The notes under the pieces: generated by a model
Seen by the model: the letters and a program-made list of their open reading frames with translations, nothing else
What the model was told of the DNA's origin: nothing
Databases searched by the model: none
Made by a program: the position numbers and the translations under genes
From: Octopus sinensis
Taxonomy: Eukaryota
Length of the DNA stretch: 64,000 bases
Reading direction: 5' to 3'
Assembly: GCF_006345805.1 (NCBI RefSeq)
Contig: NC_043003.1
Coordinates: 115,630,001 to 115,694,000, forward strand
Shown here: piece after piece, positions 51,147-63,670 of the stretch
How positions within the stretch are numbered: the stretch's first letter is position 1
How the letters are laid out: every line of letters begins with the position of its first letter

Positions 51147-53966
51147 GCCAGAACAACCTGCCATCCTCTACACACCATTATAAACTGCGAGCAGGGTACA
51201 AATTGTTGTCCTTAAATGCTCGCAGTTTATGCAACAAAATACATTTGTTCAACGCCTACGTCAGAAGTATTGACCCTGACTTCATCACTGTCACGGAAAC
51301 ATGGGCGCATTCCTTACTCTGTGATGGGGTTTTCAACATTACGGGGTACAACCTCTTCCGTAAGGACCGCATTTACCGCCGTGGTGGTGGTGTGATGGTC
51401 TACGTTCGTTCAAATTTTTCGGTAATTCCTTGTTCCGATTTGAACGAATCACAAGAAGTTTTTTTCTGTGACGTACGTATGATCATGTCAACACTCCTGG
51501 TTGGCGTTGTTTATCGTCCCCCAAATTACCATCAGGACACACAGATCTGCAATATCCTCCGAGCTGCTGCCAGGAAAACAGCCACTTATGTTTTTATTGC
51601 AGGCGATTTCAATCATCCTGAGATCAATTGGGAAACCTTCCATTTGCCACAGAGTGCAAACGATTTTGTTGAGCTTGTACTGGACTCAAACTGGTCACAA
51701 GTAGTCACCTCTCCAACAAGAGGGGACAACACCTTGGACCTGCTCTTCACCACAACTCCTGAAGTGGTTATCAATTGCACTACGGAGGAACCTCTAGGTG
51801 ACTCTGATCATGCTATGATCATCGCCAATCTGGCTCTTGCGGGCAACAAAAACCTGAACCATCTCCAATCTGATTCCTTCGATTGGAAGAGAGCAGATTG
51901 GAACCTGTACCACACTGAACTACAGCACCCAAACTGGCGTGAATTCTACAACTCTGGAGATGTGAATACTATACTCCAGAGTATCCTGGACTCAATATGG
52001 GCAGCATGTGCAGCATCAGTGCCACGTAAACAGAAAAAGAAGAACCGCCCCAAAAGGGCAATTTGGGAAACTTCAGCGGTCCGACTTGCCAGGAAGGAAC
52101 GTCGGACTGCTGAACGGGAATACAAGTTGCATAAAACAGACACCAACAGGAAGAAGCGGAATAAATCTTCCAACCATCTCAAGCAAGTGACAAAAAAAGC
52201 AGTGCTTGAATTTGAACAGTGCATAGCAGCCAATCCTGACAGCAAGGTTTTCTGGAAATATGTACATTCAAAGCAGAGACCTCACTCTCCAGTGGGCCTT
52301 CTTCGCAACCCTCACACAAACCAGATCACTGACGACCCCAAGGAATGCGCAGAACTCATTGCCGAGTGCTATGCAAACATATTCACTGTTGAAAGTCAAA
52401 ATGTACCATCTTCACCATCACTAACAGCAAATTCCATAACAACTATGGAATTTACACCTGCAATGCTGCGACGTCACCTTCAAAATAAGCGCAACTATTC
52501 CTCCCCTGGTCTCGATGGAGTTACATACCTGCTTCTCAAACGTGGCAGGTACTTCCTTTTACACCAGCTTTCTATTTTCTTCCAGTACTGTCTCAACAAT
52601 GGTGCTACTCCGGAGCAGTGGAAAACTGCCAGTGTCATTCCTCTGTTCAAAAAGGGCGACCGCACATCACCTGTCAACTATCGCCCAGTCAGTCTCACTA
52701 GCTGTATTGCAAAACTGATGGAATAGTGTGTCAGAGAAACACTCTGGAACTTCTGGAGCTCTCACAGTCTCATCCGACCCTCACAATATGGATTTGTCCC
52801 TAACTGCAGCTGCAGTGATCAGCTTGTCGAGTTCCTTGAGGACATTACTCAGATCACTGACAGTGACTCATGGGTGGATGTTGTCTCCCTTGACTTTGCT
52901 AAGGCTTTCAACTCTGTGCCACACAAAAGGCTTATGGTGAAACTCTCTGCAATGGGTGTGAGGGATGACCTTTTTAACTGGTTGAAATCCTTCATCCTCA
53001 GCCGAAAGGAGGTAGTCACAGTTCTAGGACAGCACTCTACACCATATGAGATGTCATCGGGTGTACCACAGGGATCTGTCCTTGGTCCCCTCTTGTTTGT
53101 GGCATACATTAATGACATAGATGCCAGTTTAAAGAATGCCACAGTATTGAAATATGCAGACGACATCAAGCTGTACCTTGAAATCAAGAGGACAGATCCT
53201 GTTGTCTACAGCTCTTTCCTGCAATCAGACCTAGACACAATGCAGCAATGGATCACAGACTGGCAACTGAAACTGGCTGTGGACAAGTGTACCACCATGC
53301 ATTTTGGGAGAAAAAACCCTGCGTCCACATACTCCCTCCACAACACTGATATCAAGAAATCTTCTTGCGAGCGTGACCTAGGCATCACTGTCAGCAGTGA
53401 CTTGCGTTGGACAAAGCATATCTCTAAAATTGTCAAGAAGGCCGAGGGTGTCTTGGCATCACTCAGCAAGACTTTTGTTAGCCACTCTCCAGCCATCTAT
53501 TTAAAACTGTATACAGCTATGGTACGACCACACTTGGAATTCGCATCATCAGTTTGGAACCCCTATCTTGCTCAGAACATTGACCTCCTGGAATCTGTCC
53601 AGAGACGTGCAACCAAACGCATACCCTCCATCAGACACCTACCATATTCTGAGCAACCTTGTTTCCCTGGGCATGGATTCACTGAAGCTCCAGCGTCTGG
53701 CGACGGACTTGGTAATCACCCACAAAGTTATCAACCAGCTCACCAACAACAACACTGAACACCTTTTTGATCTCCATGTGTCTAACACACGTGGACATGC
53801 CTACAAAGTCAGAAAACAACACAGCTCCCATCACTTTCGGAAACATTTTTTCACGCTCAGAGTTGCTGAAGCATGGAATAAACTGCCTGCGTCAGTTGTT
53901 GACTGCCATGACACTGCATCCTTTAAGGCCCTCATGCTTTCCGAAATCCGCCGAAACTACACCTGA
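51119..53966 (+). pseudogene. LINE ORF2 (APE endonuclease + reverse transcriptase), in-frame TAG at 52724-52726 and a frameshift near 53657
   Basis: LNARS, VTETW, GGGV, GDFN, TLDL, SDH (APE); YRPVSL, DFAKAF, GVPQGSVLGP, YADD (RT); CR1-type C-terminus TRGH..FF..RV..WNKLP. Confidence 0.92.
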
Positions 53967-54052
53967 TTATATATACACTTTAGATGAGTTGTAGTGCACC
54001 TGAGCACTGTACACAATTATAATTATTATATTATTATTATTTTAAACAATTA

Positions 54053-54264
54053 GCACGTCGGGCGAAATGCTTAGCGGTATTTCGTCTGCCGTTACGTTGT
54101 GAGTTCAAATTCCGACGAGGTCGACTTTGCCTTTCATCCTTTCGGGGTCGATAAATTAAGTACCAATTGCGCACTGGGGTCGATGTAATCGACTTAATAC
54201 CTATGTCTGTCCTTGTTTGTCCCCTCTATGTTTAGCCCCTTGTGGGTAATAAAAAATAGGTATA
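54053..54264 (+). mobile_element. SINE family C (5'-truncated) inserted just after the LINE tail
   Basis: TSD TAAACAATTA (54043-54052 / 54265-54274); core GCCTTTCATCCTTTCGGGGTCGATAAA. Confidence 0.9.
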
Positions 54265-54954
54265 TAAACAATTAAGAAAAACAAAAATAAATGAGATAAA
54301 TGACTACCCAAAAGGAAATTTAGAATCGAAAAGCGGCGCATGAAACCCCGAAATGAAAATAATTGCGCAGACAGCTAGAGCAAATGTCCTCTCCTTCTCC
54401 TGCAAAACAAGAGAAGAAACGTCCACTCTGACAACGATCACCTTTGTCATCCACACTCATTTTCTTTTTCAAGCAAAGTATGAAAATGTTGACGGGACTT
54501 GGCCCCCAAAATAATGTCCTCTTTCAGGCTGGTCCACCACACAAAGTGTTTTGCTAAAACAACCGAACCGATACACAAACATGATCAACTAGCATTCTCG
54601 GTTGGTTGAACACGTCCGTTCCAGAGAAAATGCAAGAGTAGACAATCTAGTTCAGTGAATGGCAAACTCAAACGAGGCAGGAATCTGAGGTGGTGATATA
54701 TGAAGGGGGTTGTGTGATCGTTCTTGTCTCCTCTCTGGCCTTCTATGGACATCTTTCGCTCGGTTCATTTTTGGGGTTATATACGTTCGTCACCTTCTCC
54801 TAGTTCTTCACTTGTAGATCAATGTCAAATATGATGATATGATATACTATTCAATGCACAACAACCGGGAGAGGAATCTATGTGCATGAAAATATGTAAC
54901 ATAGGACCTCTTCAAGTCTCATCTGTATCAAGTCCTGCATTAATTAGAAAACTG

Positions 54955-55346
54955 GGATTTTTCGGTTTCAACGGCAGTTTTTAACATAATTTCTAGGTAA
55001 CTAAAAACATGTAAACTTCGTATACTGGTAGAATAACTTTATAAAACATCTTATTCTCTTGGCTTTATTGAGAAAATTCTATAGTTTGTAAGATATTTGT
55101 TGTTGTTTTTTCTTCAATTTCTGTAATTTCAACCATTCACTGGCGTCTATTGAGGTAAACAACATTCTGTGCCGTGTGAATATGTTCCTCTTTTAAAAAG
55201 AGATTGGGTTTATTTACATTTGTGTAACCCTAACCCTAACACTAAAACAGATTGAAATGCAATAGATTGATACTAGGGTCGTAATTATGGGTGACAATTT
55301 CATATGACACCGCTAGAGAAAACTGCTGTTCAAACCGAAAAGATCC
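54955..55346 (-). mobile_element. Merlin-like MITE (reverse orientation)
   Basis: Same TIRs; 8-bp TSD GAAAACTG/GACAACTG; CCCTAA repeats near 55225-55240. Confidence 0.78.
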
Positions 55347-55431
55347 GACAACTGTCATCTATACCAGTGACATAATTGTTATAGCGTAACCCATGGTATT
55401 AATAGACTGGAATGATATATGGAATGATATA

Positions 55432-55663
55432 AGGCGGCGAGCTGGCAGAAACGTTAGCACGCCGGGCGAAATGCTTAGCGGTATTTCGTCTGCGTTACGT
55501 TGTGAGTTCAAATTACGACGAGGTCGACTTTGCCTTTCATCCTTTCGGGGTCGATAAATCAAGTACCAGTTACGCACTGGGGTCGATGTAATCGACTTAA
55601 TACCTATGTCTGTCCTTGTTTGTCCCCTCTGTGTTTAGCCCCTTGTGGGTAATAAAGAAATAG
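55432..55663 (+). mobile_element. SINE family C, full length
   Basis: Head GGCGGCGAGCTGGCAGAA, B-box-like GAGTTCAAAT; same 3' variant as 54053. Confidence 0.9.
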
Positions 55664-56538
55664 ATATATGGTTAGGTTCAGCAGAACACAAGATATTTTC
55701 TAAATATTCACCGTTCTGTATAGCAATCATGACATAACTTTCAACCTGTGGAAGCAGTTTAGTTTGTTACAACTAATCAAGTGACAATGAGTAGATATAA
55801 AGTAGATGTTAACTATGTCCACTAATTATACTAGAATACGACAGTCATGTCGCTTTGAAGATAATGGATGTGTTAATCGCTCTTCAAATATCATTGATGC
55901 AAGAAAATTTCACACCAAAATAAATTTATTTTAAAAATATTTGTTTAAACATAATTTGACAAGAAAGTGAGTCGTGTGTGTAGTGCGAACTCCAATGAAA
56001 GCATAACTTTACGTAGAAACTGTTCGACTGCAAGTAATAGCACCAGATTTAATGAACATTATAACAACTCAATGTTGCCTTGGTGAACTCCGAATTGGTG
56101 AACGCTATTTATGATACTCTATTTATTATACTCGAAGAGGTATCCATGTTTTTTTAACTTATATCTCAGAATCTGGAAGAAATTAAATGTCCCAATAATT
56201 TAGCGGTTATTTACCGGCCCTGATAAAGTATAGACAAAAATCATTTTGAAATTCTACTCCATAACCAATTATGTGGTTCTCGTTAATATGGGTCTGTGTT
56301 ACAAAAATGCAAAGTGGGAGTACAATAGTTTCATTTCAAACATAATGCCAGATAATATGAAAGAAACCACGCGTGCTTTCCATTGTATTCCATTAATGAC
56401 AACAACGTAGGAATTATTGATCCAATATTATCAAATGACAAAAGCGTTGTGGATAAACCAAGTGGAAATGTAAATAGTTGCACCGGCTTAAGTATTGAAT
56501 CAAAATGTGATAGCAGAGCATAATTTGTTATACATACA

Positions 56539-56577
<39 letters not shown>

Positions 56578-56699
56578 CACACATATATATTAATGAATTT
56601 ATATGCTGCAGATTGCAGAAAACGACGTTTAATATTGACTCAATAAACAGTACCGAGCTGAGAGAATTGTACGTACGCGGGGAAAATTGGTTAGTTACA

Positions 56700-56870
56700 T
56701 TTTCGTTCGTCTTCACGTTGTGACTGATAATTCTGTCGTGGTGGATTTTGCTTTCCATCCTGTCGCGATGAATAAAATAGATACCAGTCGAACACTACAG
56801 TTGATGCAAACGATTTAACCACCGGCCATCAAATTCCAGGCCTTGTGCTAAAATTCGGATTTAGTATTGA
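56700..56870 (+). mobile_element. Highly degenerate SINE family C
   Basis: GATTTTGCTTTCCATCCTGTCG..ATAAAATAGATACCAGTCGAACACT..GGCCTTGTGC. Confidence 0.45.
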
Positions 56871-57042
56871 TTCAATATGAATGGTAAAATGATACGATGG
56901 TTTTCAACGTATACCATATACTTTACAGTTTCAAGTATCTATCCTTCTAAATCCTGGTTCCCCAAGGACATATATTTTATTGTCTACGGAAGAATGAAAC
57001 ACAGACGCACGCACACACTGACATACGCCGAAATATAATAAA

Positions 57043-57092
<50 letters not shown>

Positions 57093-57099
57093 GTAGCAT

Positions 57100-57210
57100 A
57101 ATATGTGATAATTATTCGGTTGCCATAATAAAACTCCGAGTGTCTGACGTCGAGTAGAAATCTGCTCCGGCATCTCGTCAGTTATCAAGGCACTCAAACA
57201 ATGCTATGAA
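57100..57210 (-). repeat. Cassette between (TA)n tracts with a broken hammerhead-like motif
   Basis: Minus strand CTGACGAG...CTACTC-GA-CGTC (GAAA reduced to GA). Confidence 0.3.
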
Positions 57211-57237
57211 AATGGCCATATATATATACACATGTAG

Positions 57238-57325
<88 letters not shown>

Positions 57326-57530
57326 CACAGAGAGAGAGACAGAGAGAGATAAAGAGAGAGAGGAGAGAGAGTGAGGAGAGAGATATGAGAGTGAGAGCGA
57401 GAGACTTGTACATATAATTCCAAAGCTACGAACAAATGGGAGCATCTAAAAATACATTTAATAGAACTCTATGTAAATAACAAACTGTTTTCTGCGTCTA
57501 CTTTCTGGTGATTTAGTTTATTGCAAGATA

Positions 57531-58792
57531 TTGGGCTGTCCGGGAAGTTCGTGTCAATTTTTAAAGGAAAGACAAAGGTCAACAGATACTTGTCATTATA
57601 TTTTTAATCAACCAAATATAAACCATTTTGTTGCACAACGCGTCTCCATCTTTCCTTTAACTTGAAAATACCCTCTTCCCAGAAGTGAGGTGGTTTCATG
57701 GCAAAGAATTCATCTAGGTATCTTTTTATGTCATCCAAGGAATTGAAACTTTTGCCATTAAGACTATTCTGCAGAGACCTGAATAAGTGGAAATTCGAAG
57801 GAACAATATCTGGTGAATATGGAGGGTGGGGTAACACATCCCAGCCGAGCTGCAGCATTTATTGTCTGGTTCCCATAGAAACGTGCGATCTTGCATTATC
57901 ATGTTGGAAAACAACACCCTACCTGTTTGCCAATTCTGGACGTCTCTCTTGAATTGTTGCTTTTAACTCGTCCAGTCGTGTGCAATATTTCTCAGAATTA
58001 ATTGTCTGGTTACTTGGGAGAAGCTCATAGTACAGAATTCCTTTCCACAGACACAAAGCAAGACTTTTTTAGAGCGAAGACCCGCTTTTGGGTTGGCTAG
58101 GGTAGCTCATATCGCTTATTCCTGGATCGCTTTCTCTGAGTATTTCGGTAGATAATCCATTTCTCATTAACTGTCAAAATTTGCTTTAAAAAAGGCGCGT
58201 TTTCATTCCGTTTAAAAAGCGAATCATAAATGGAAATGCGATCCAAAAGTTTCTTCTCACTCAACTCATGTTGTACCCAAACACCATAGTGATTTGTGTA
58301 CCCAAGCTTTACCAGGTGCTCGTGAACGACGGATTTTGATAGGTGGATACTTTCTGCCAATTCTCGGGTCGCACAATGTGGGTTATTCTTAATTACTTGA
58401 TTTGGTCATCATCTGTAGTGGATGGCCTGCCTTATCAATAGGGCTACAATCTCCAGCTCGGAATATTGCGAACTACTTCCGTACAGTTCTTTCGGATAAA
58501 GAAACATCACCGTAAAATGCGCATATTTCTTTGGTTTATTGTGAGGCATTTTTCCCTTTACGGAATAAGAAAAGCATCAAGTGCCGAAAATGAACGTTCT
58601 TCTCTTCCATTTTAAAGGGTTACAGAATTAACACAGTTTATAGGAACATAAACTTTTTTCCACGAAAAGATAGCTTAAACTGTGCTCTAAATGGAGGTTT
58701 AGTCAAATTCTATTTTATGGACTCAACCATGTTCTAAAATAAGTCGAAAGGTAAGCTACTATAAACCGGCACAAACTTTCAGGACAACTCAG
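57531..58792 (-). mobile_element. Mariner element (mellifera-like), decayed full length, 1262 bp
   Basis: 30-bp TIRs (21/30 identical), TA duplications at 57529-30 and 58793-94. Confidence 0.9.
57604..58610 (-). pseudogene. Mariner DD34D transposase pseudogene
   Basis: VWVQHEL (WVPHEL), LTVNEKWI (TGDEKW), HDNA, HPPYSPD; multiple frameshifts. Confidence 0.9.
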
Positions 58793-59331
58793 TATAATGC
58801 TTGATTAGCTGAGAAATGCATTGCACACCTTATTTCTGACTTTCTACTTTCAGAATTCAAATCCTGCACTGTTTGATTACGGCATATATCACAACGGAGT
58901 CGATAGCATTACCGTTAAGAATACAGCAATATTCAATATAATATAAAGATTATTAGCGTAGATGAGAAATGATTTGTTTGCATGTGACGATATTCAAATA
59001 CAATTTCACGGCATCGCTGTTGGCTGCACTCTTTCGATGCTTGCGATTTATTATTGCATAAGATATGCAATACGACAGCAATATTCTCGAATCGTGCGAC
59101 GATAGCATTTCAATTTTTTTCCTTCCATTCAATTATATCAAACCTGTTATATCAGAGTGGAGCTGGTGTCATACGCTTCATATTTTCCTTCAAACACCGA
59201 CATTCACCAACGTCACAAATGATCCATATATTCTAAATTGCGATATGCGGATCGTTAAAAGATATTATGTGATATAAATAACAACAACATTTAAGCTGCT
59301 GGTGAATATTGAGGTTGACATCTGTAGAACA

Positions 59332-59833
59332 TCTTTATATATAAAAGTCAGGTTGTGTGTCTGTCTCCTACGATTTAGATTCCTAACTACTCCCACATTT
59401 TGCGGTGCAGTTTAACCAAAACTGGGTATCTTATAGTCGTGATTCATATCGAGCCCTTCTGGGTATTAGCGCGCGTCTACGATGGAGTCTACGATTAAAA
59501 AAAAAATTATCATAATTTTTTTCCATTTTAATGCATTTTTTTCGCTATTATATAAGTGAAGTAACTCTCTAAAAATGTCTACGATGAGTCAACGATTTAA
59601 AAAAAAAATACCATAATTTTTTTCCATTTTAATGCATTTTTTTCGCTATTATATAAGTGAAGTAACTCTCTAAAAATGTCTACGATGAGTCAACGATTTA
59701 AAAAAAAAATACCATAATTTTTTTCCATTTTTAATGCATTTTTTTTGCTATTTTTTTTTTGTTATAACTCTCTAAAAATTCTTATATAGTTATTTCCCTT
59801 ACAAACCAGAGGAACGCCGGGCGATACAGCTAG
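59332..59833 (+). mobile_element. Non-autonomous Helitron H1 with three ~101-bp internal units
   Basis: A|TC start, CTAG|T end; units start at 59475, 59577, 59678; flanked by a 64-bp direct repeat. Confidence 0.88.
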
Positions 59834-60529
59834 TGTGATATAAATAACAACAACATTTATGCTGCCGGTGAATATTGATGTTGACATCTGTAGAACATAT
59901 CTAATGAAAATGAAACAAAATATCACTAAATGACTTGTCAGTAGTTTGCTTTCTCGGATTTGCTATGTGAAACTTGTCGCTCTCCTTGATCTTACGGCTT
60001 CATCAATATTGTTTAGATTCTCGTCATCGGTTTGTTTGACATGTTTGTCACCCCTGATTCACGGTGCCGTCTTCATATTGTGACAGTAAACATAATTAGC
60101 TTTTAGAACTACGAGAATATACTGTAGATAGAACACTTTTACAGTTTGAATTGTTTCTCATTCCTATCGGGAATATATGCAAGATAATACAGCCGATTCC
60201 GCTTAAATGAATAATCCTGATTGTTTAAAGAATATTCGTTGGAGTTTCTAAGTGTAATCGTAAGAATTTCTCAATACATTTTATCGATTAGATATTTGGT
60301 CAATGTCGCTATGCTATTACATAAAACTAAAAAGAAACAAAACAACTTTTGTTTTACTTATATCATGCTTTGTGTTTTTATATTTTTTTACTTACGATCC
60401 ATCTTATCTAAAACATTTTTAATGATATATATCCCCAAGTTATTCGTTTGACTTACCACCTCTGAAGTCTTTCAGTTCTCTTTGATATTCCCGATTGCGA
60501 TGCCTTAACAAAGAATTTCACACGGTTGA

Positions 60530-61000
60530 TAATAACCGTTTCAAATTCTGGCAGAATGTCAGCGATTGCAGGGAAGTGGATGAGTCGATTAACATCGGTG
60601 CCAGTGTTCAAACGGTACTTTCTCTTGCGACCACGAAGAAAAGCAAAATTGACATCGATGGAATTTCAACTCAGAACTATAAAGCAGTGGTTCCCAGGCC
60701 ACATTCCTTGCGCATCCACCCCGACTAAACATCACGCACACAGACCCCTCTCTCTCTCATCCCCTCTGAAGCAAACTCAAAGCAACTGTGTTTCACAAAT
60801 AAAACATAACCTAATGAACCCATTATTTTGTTGTTTTTGCATGAATCGCTACCTCATTATTGCTCCACTGTTCTTTCCACCACCTCCCGGATGGAGGTGG
60901 GGGTGCAATATCGCCCACTTTGGGAACCGCTGGTATAAACGGACTAATGCCGCTAAACATTTTGTCCGGTATGCGAACGATTCTGTCAGCTCACCGCCTT
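60530..61000 (-). mobile_element. Old SINE family C split by a hAT MITE
   Basis: Removing 60685-60932 restores a continuous C consensus. Confidence 0.75.
60685..60932. mobile_element. hAT (Charlie-like) MITE
   Basis: TIRs CAGTGGTTCCCA / TGGGAACCGCTG; 8-bp TSD CTATAAAG/GTATAAAC (6/8). Confidence 0.7.
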
Positions 61001-61430
61001 TATTCATTTTGTAAAATTGAATGATAATATTTTAATATGAATTCTACGAAAGCAGTAAATTGATTAATCACATGCTCTTCTACTTGATAATAGAACAAAA
61101 TGGGACACCCGTTGACTGTTTTCTTCAAAGGTATGTTTTGACAAATGTTAAGGAAGAAATTTATTTTAAGATCATTTATTTTGATATCATACGAAATTGT
61201 AATTATTACCGGAAGTTCATTCGTTTATCATGGGATAAGTAATGGGTAGTGACTTGTAACATTATTAGTGAAAAATCTGACGTGACCGCGCCTTACAAAA
61301 GATCGATATTGACTGATTCCAGATAACATTAACTTGAACGGGTTCATTCAGTTTCAGATTCTCTCGTCTACTTCTAAATTCTCTGTTGGCATCCATGAGA
61401 GAGGCAAGGAAGACAGGCAAAAAGACTGAT

Positions 61431-61473
<43 letters not shown>

Positions 61474-61729
61474 CATCGTCAGACACTTTCGAGTCTTTTT
61501 GAACAGGTTATTACTTAAAAATTGTGAACGAGCCAGCTGAGGGAAGAATTGTCTCATCTGAATCAAATATGAGGATTGTAAGAGCAAATATTGAGAACTC
61601 TATTTTCTTTTAAGGCTGAACTGACTGAGAGATATCAACTCCTTAAACTTCACAGGAACAAGACTTTGAATTAGTTGCAGGTTTGAGAGGAGGACAACTC
61701 AAATAGTCACCAACGCCATTCGTCATCAA

Positions 61730-62460
61730 CAAAAATAATCAGCCGGTCTAGATGAGATAAATGAAGGAGTGTTTCAAGTCGAAGATGTCACTGCAGAAGA
61801 GATGAAGAATATTTTCAAAGCATGGAATAAGCCGGGTGTCATTGAGGTTTGGCGTCAAGAAGTAGAATGGGCGCTAAGGGACGATAACAAAATACGGAAG
61901 AAAAATATTGGCTGTCACCAAAATTGGAAATAGTGCTCAGTTTCATTGTCACGATGAAGATAATTGACAATATGTGTCGGGTCCATCTTTTGGAAAATCG
62001 ATGTGCTTTATAGATTGGTCACCATCTATGCAAACTTTATACAATTGTTTTGCTACTGATGTGTCACTGTATCGGACAGAGTGGTGAGGTAAAAGGGAAG
62101 TTTAACATCATTACAGAGACTTTTTAGTAATATGTACTGACCCCAAGTGTGTTCATACAGGGGGTGAATTTCATCTTAAAGGATTCCTCATGCGGCAACT
62201 TTGTCGTTATGAAAGGTTCAAAGGCTTTGAATTTGTCAACTAAATTGGAGTCTTTAAATAAAATATTCATAGCAATGTACATCAATGTACATCAGCGATG
62301 TACATCAATAGAAATTCGCATTCGTGGGCGAGCATCTCAATATCAAGGGTCATTTTTCGTACATAGACGCCAACATGGCTAACGAAAGAAAGTCACAAAT
62401 TTATGCAAAGTAGCGATTCAGTATTGTTGCAGCTCATCTCCAACGTCTGAAGAGGATCTG
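61730..62460 (+). mobile_element. Very old non-LTR reverse transcriptase remnant
   Basis: SAGLDEINEGVFQ (cf. SPGPDGI..E.FK) and AMY..IRIRGRASQ..F.V..RQHG (cf. MY..VR..G..S..F....GVRQG). Confidence 0.4.
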
Positions 62461-63427
62461 ATTCCTCCATCGACCGACGTGCCAAGCACAAACACTAACC
62501 ATCCATTTTCATGTTATTGGCAAAGTACGCAATATCTAGGAAATGACCAAAAGAACCTAGCAAAATTGAAATATCTTTCTCATGAGTTACCTTAGAACAT
62601 TTTGAAATATATTAGTGAGACTATGACCTGATTAGAGTCGTGAAAAAAGTTGGATTGTGCTAGAATATATTGTTTCCCTTTTACATCAGAAGATTCGCAG
62701 TAATTTTCTGCACATGCCTTCAAAAATTTCCATGAAATCCTGTGTGAAGTGAAAGCAAGAGAGTCGACTTTGGTAAGGAAATAATATTGCTATGACAAGT
62801 TTCATAAAATTTGTGGACTACTTGGCAAATACGGGCTGACCTCATCTCAGGGACATTACTTGCAACCGTCATAGCAAGAGATCGTTATCCAATTGATAAC
62901 CCGATGAAAACGATAGAAAATATAACTACCATGACCGAAAACAAAATGATTTGATTATTCTTGCACCTAATTGCGACCATTTAGACATTTTTTTTTCTAT
63001 GAAGAATCCTAAATAGTGATATTCTCGCACCTTGCAAAAGCAGAATCTTTCATAATTGCTTTATTCGTATCAAATAAGATATTCACTTTTATAACACTTC
63101 AACATTAATCGGTAAGTATTTCGGACAAGTATCCTTTGAATTTGACATATAATAGCTAAAGCGTTATTGTTTCAACATTATGCAAGTGTTCCATTTATTA
63201 GTTTTTCCCATATAGAAATTGGTTTCTCGATGCTAGAAAGTGTGTGCATAAAGCAAAATATTTATATTAGGTGAAGACTTGATTAATAGGCTGACAGGTA
63301 TGCTACTGGTTCTGGGGAAACGATTCCCAAAGAATGAAATTGAAAGGTTTCCGGTGGGTTTCTGAAGTCAGTGGTCTATTTCAGTTGCACAGTAATGTAA
63401 CGATTCTGCTTGCCAATATTTATCAAT

Positions 63428-63626
63428 GCAGAACCATTAGCACGCTGGGCAAAATGCTTAGCGGCATTTCGTACGTCTTGATGTTCTAGGTTGAAATTCA
63501 GCCGAGACCCACTCTGGCGTTGATCCTTTAAGAGGCTATACAACAAGTACCAGTTGAGCTCTTGGATTAATATAATCGACTTAAACCCTTCCTCTAAATT
63601 GCTGGCCATTTGCCAAAATTTGGAAC
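63428..63626 (+). mobile_element. Degenerate SINE family C
   Basis: GCAGAACCATTAGCACGCTGGGCAAAATGCTTAGCGGCATTTCG ... AAATTGCTGGCC..CCAAAATTTGGAAC. Confidence 0.7.
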
Positions 63627-63670
63627 AAATATTTATCGATGCCAATCCTTATTACGTTTACTATATGCAC

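Larger units (their letters stand above)
49790..54042 (+). mobile_element. Near full-length CR1-group LINE (5' boundary approximate)
   Basis: 5' tandem repeat, ORF1, APE-RT ORF2, short 3' UTR with GTGC-ACCTGA-GCAC hairpin and an (ATT)n-like tail. Confidence 0.9.

Noticed and set aside
53940-54264. SINE A, B or C as the partner of the CR1 LINE through a shared 3' tail
   Set aside because: None of the three SINE 3' ends resembles the LINE 3' UTR or hairpin; adjacency of SINE C reflects insertion into the AT-rich tail.
1356-57445. Dozens of ORF-track entries rich in I/Y/L/S/F/K/E/CV/HT
   Set aside because: They are translations of di- and trinucleotide microsatellites with no domain content.
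60457-60625. Apparent minus-strand exon (RKYRLNTGTDVNRLIHFP...) ending at a GTAAGT donor
   Set aside because: Most of it is the body of the split SINE C, and the open frame is short enough to be chance. Exonisation cannot be excluded without RNA data.
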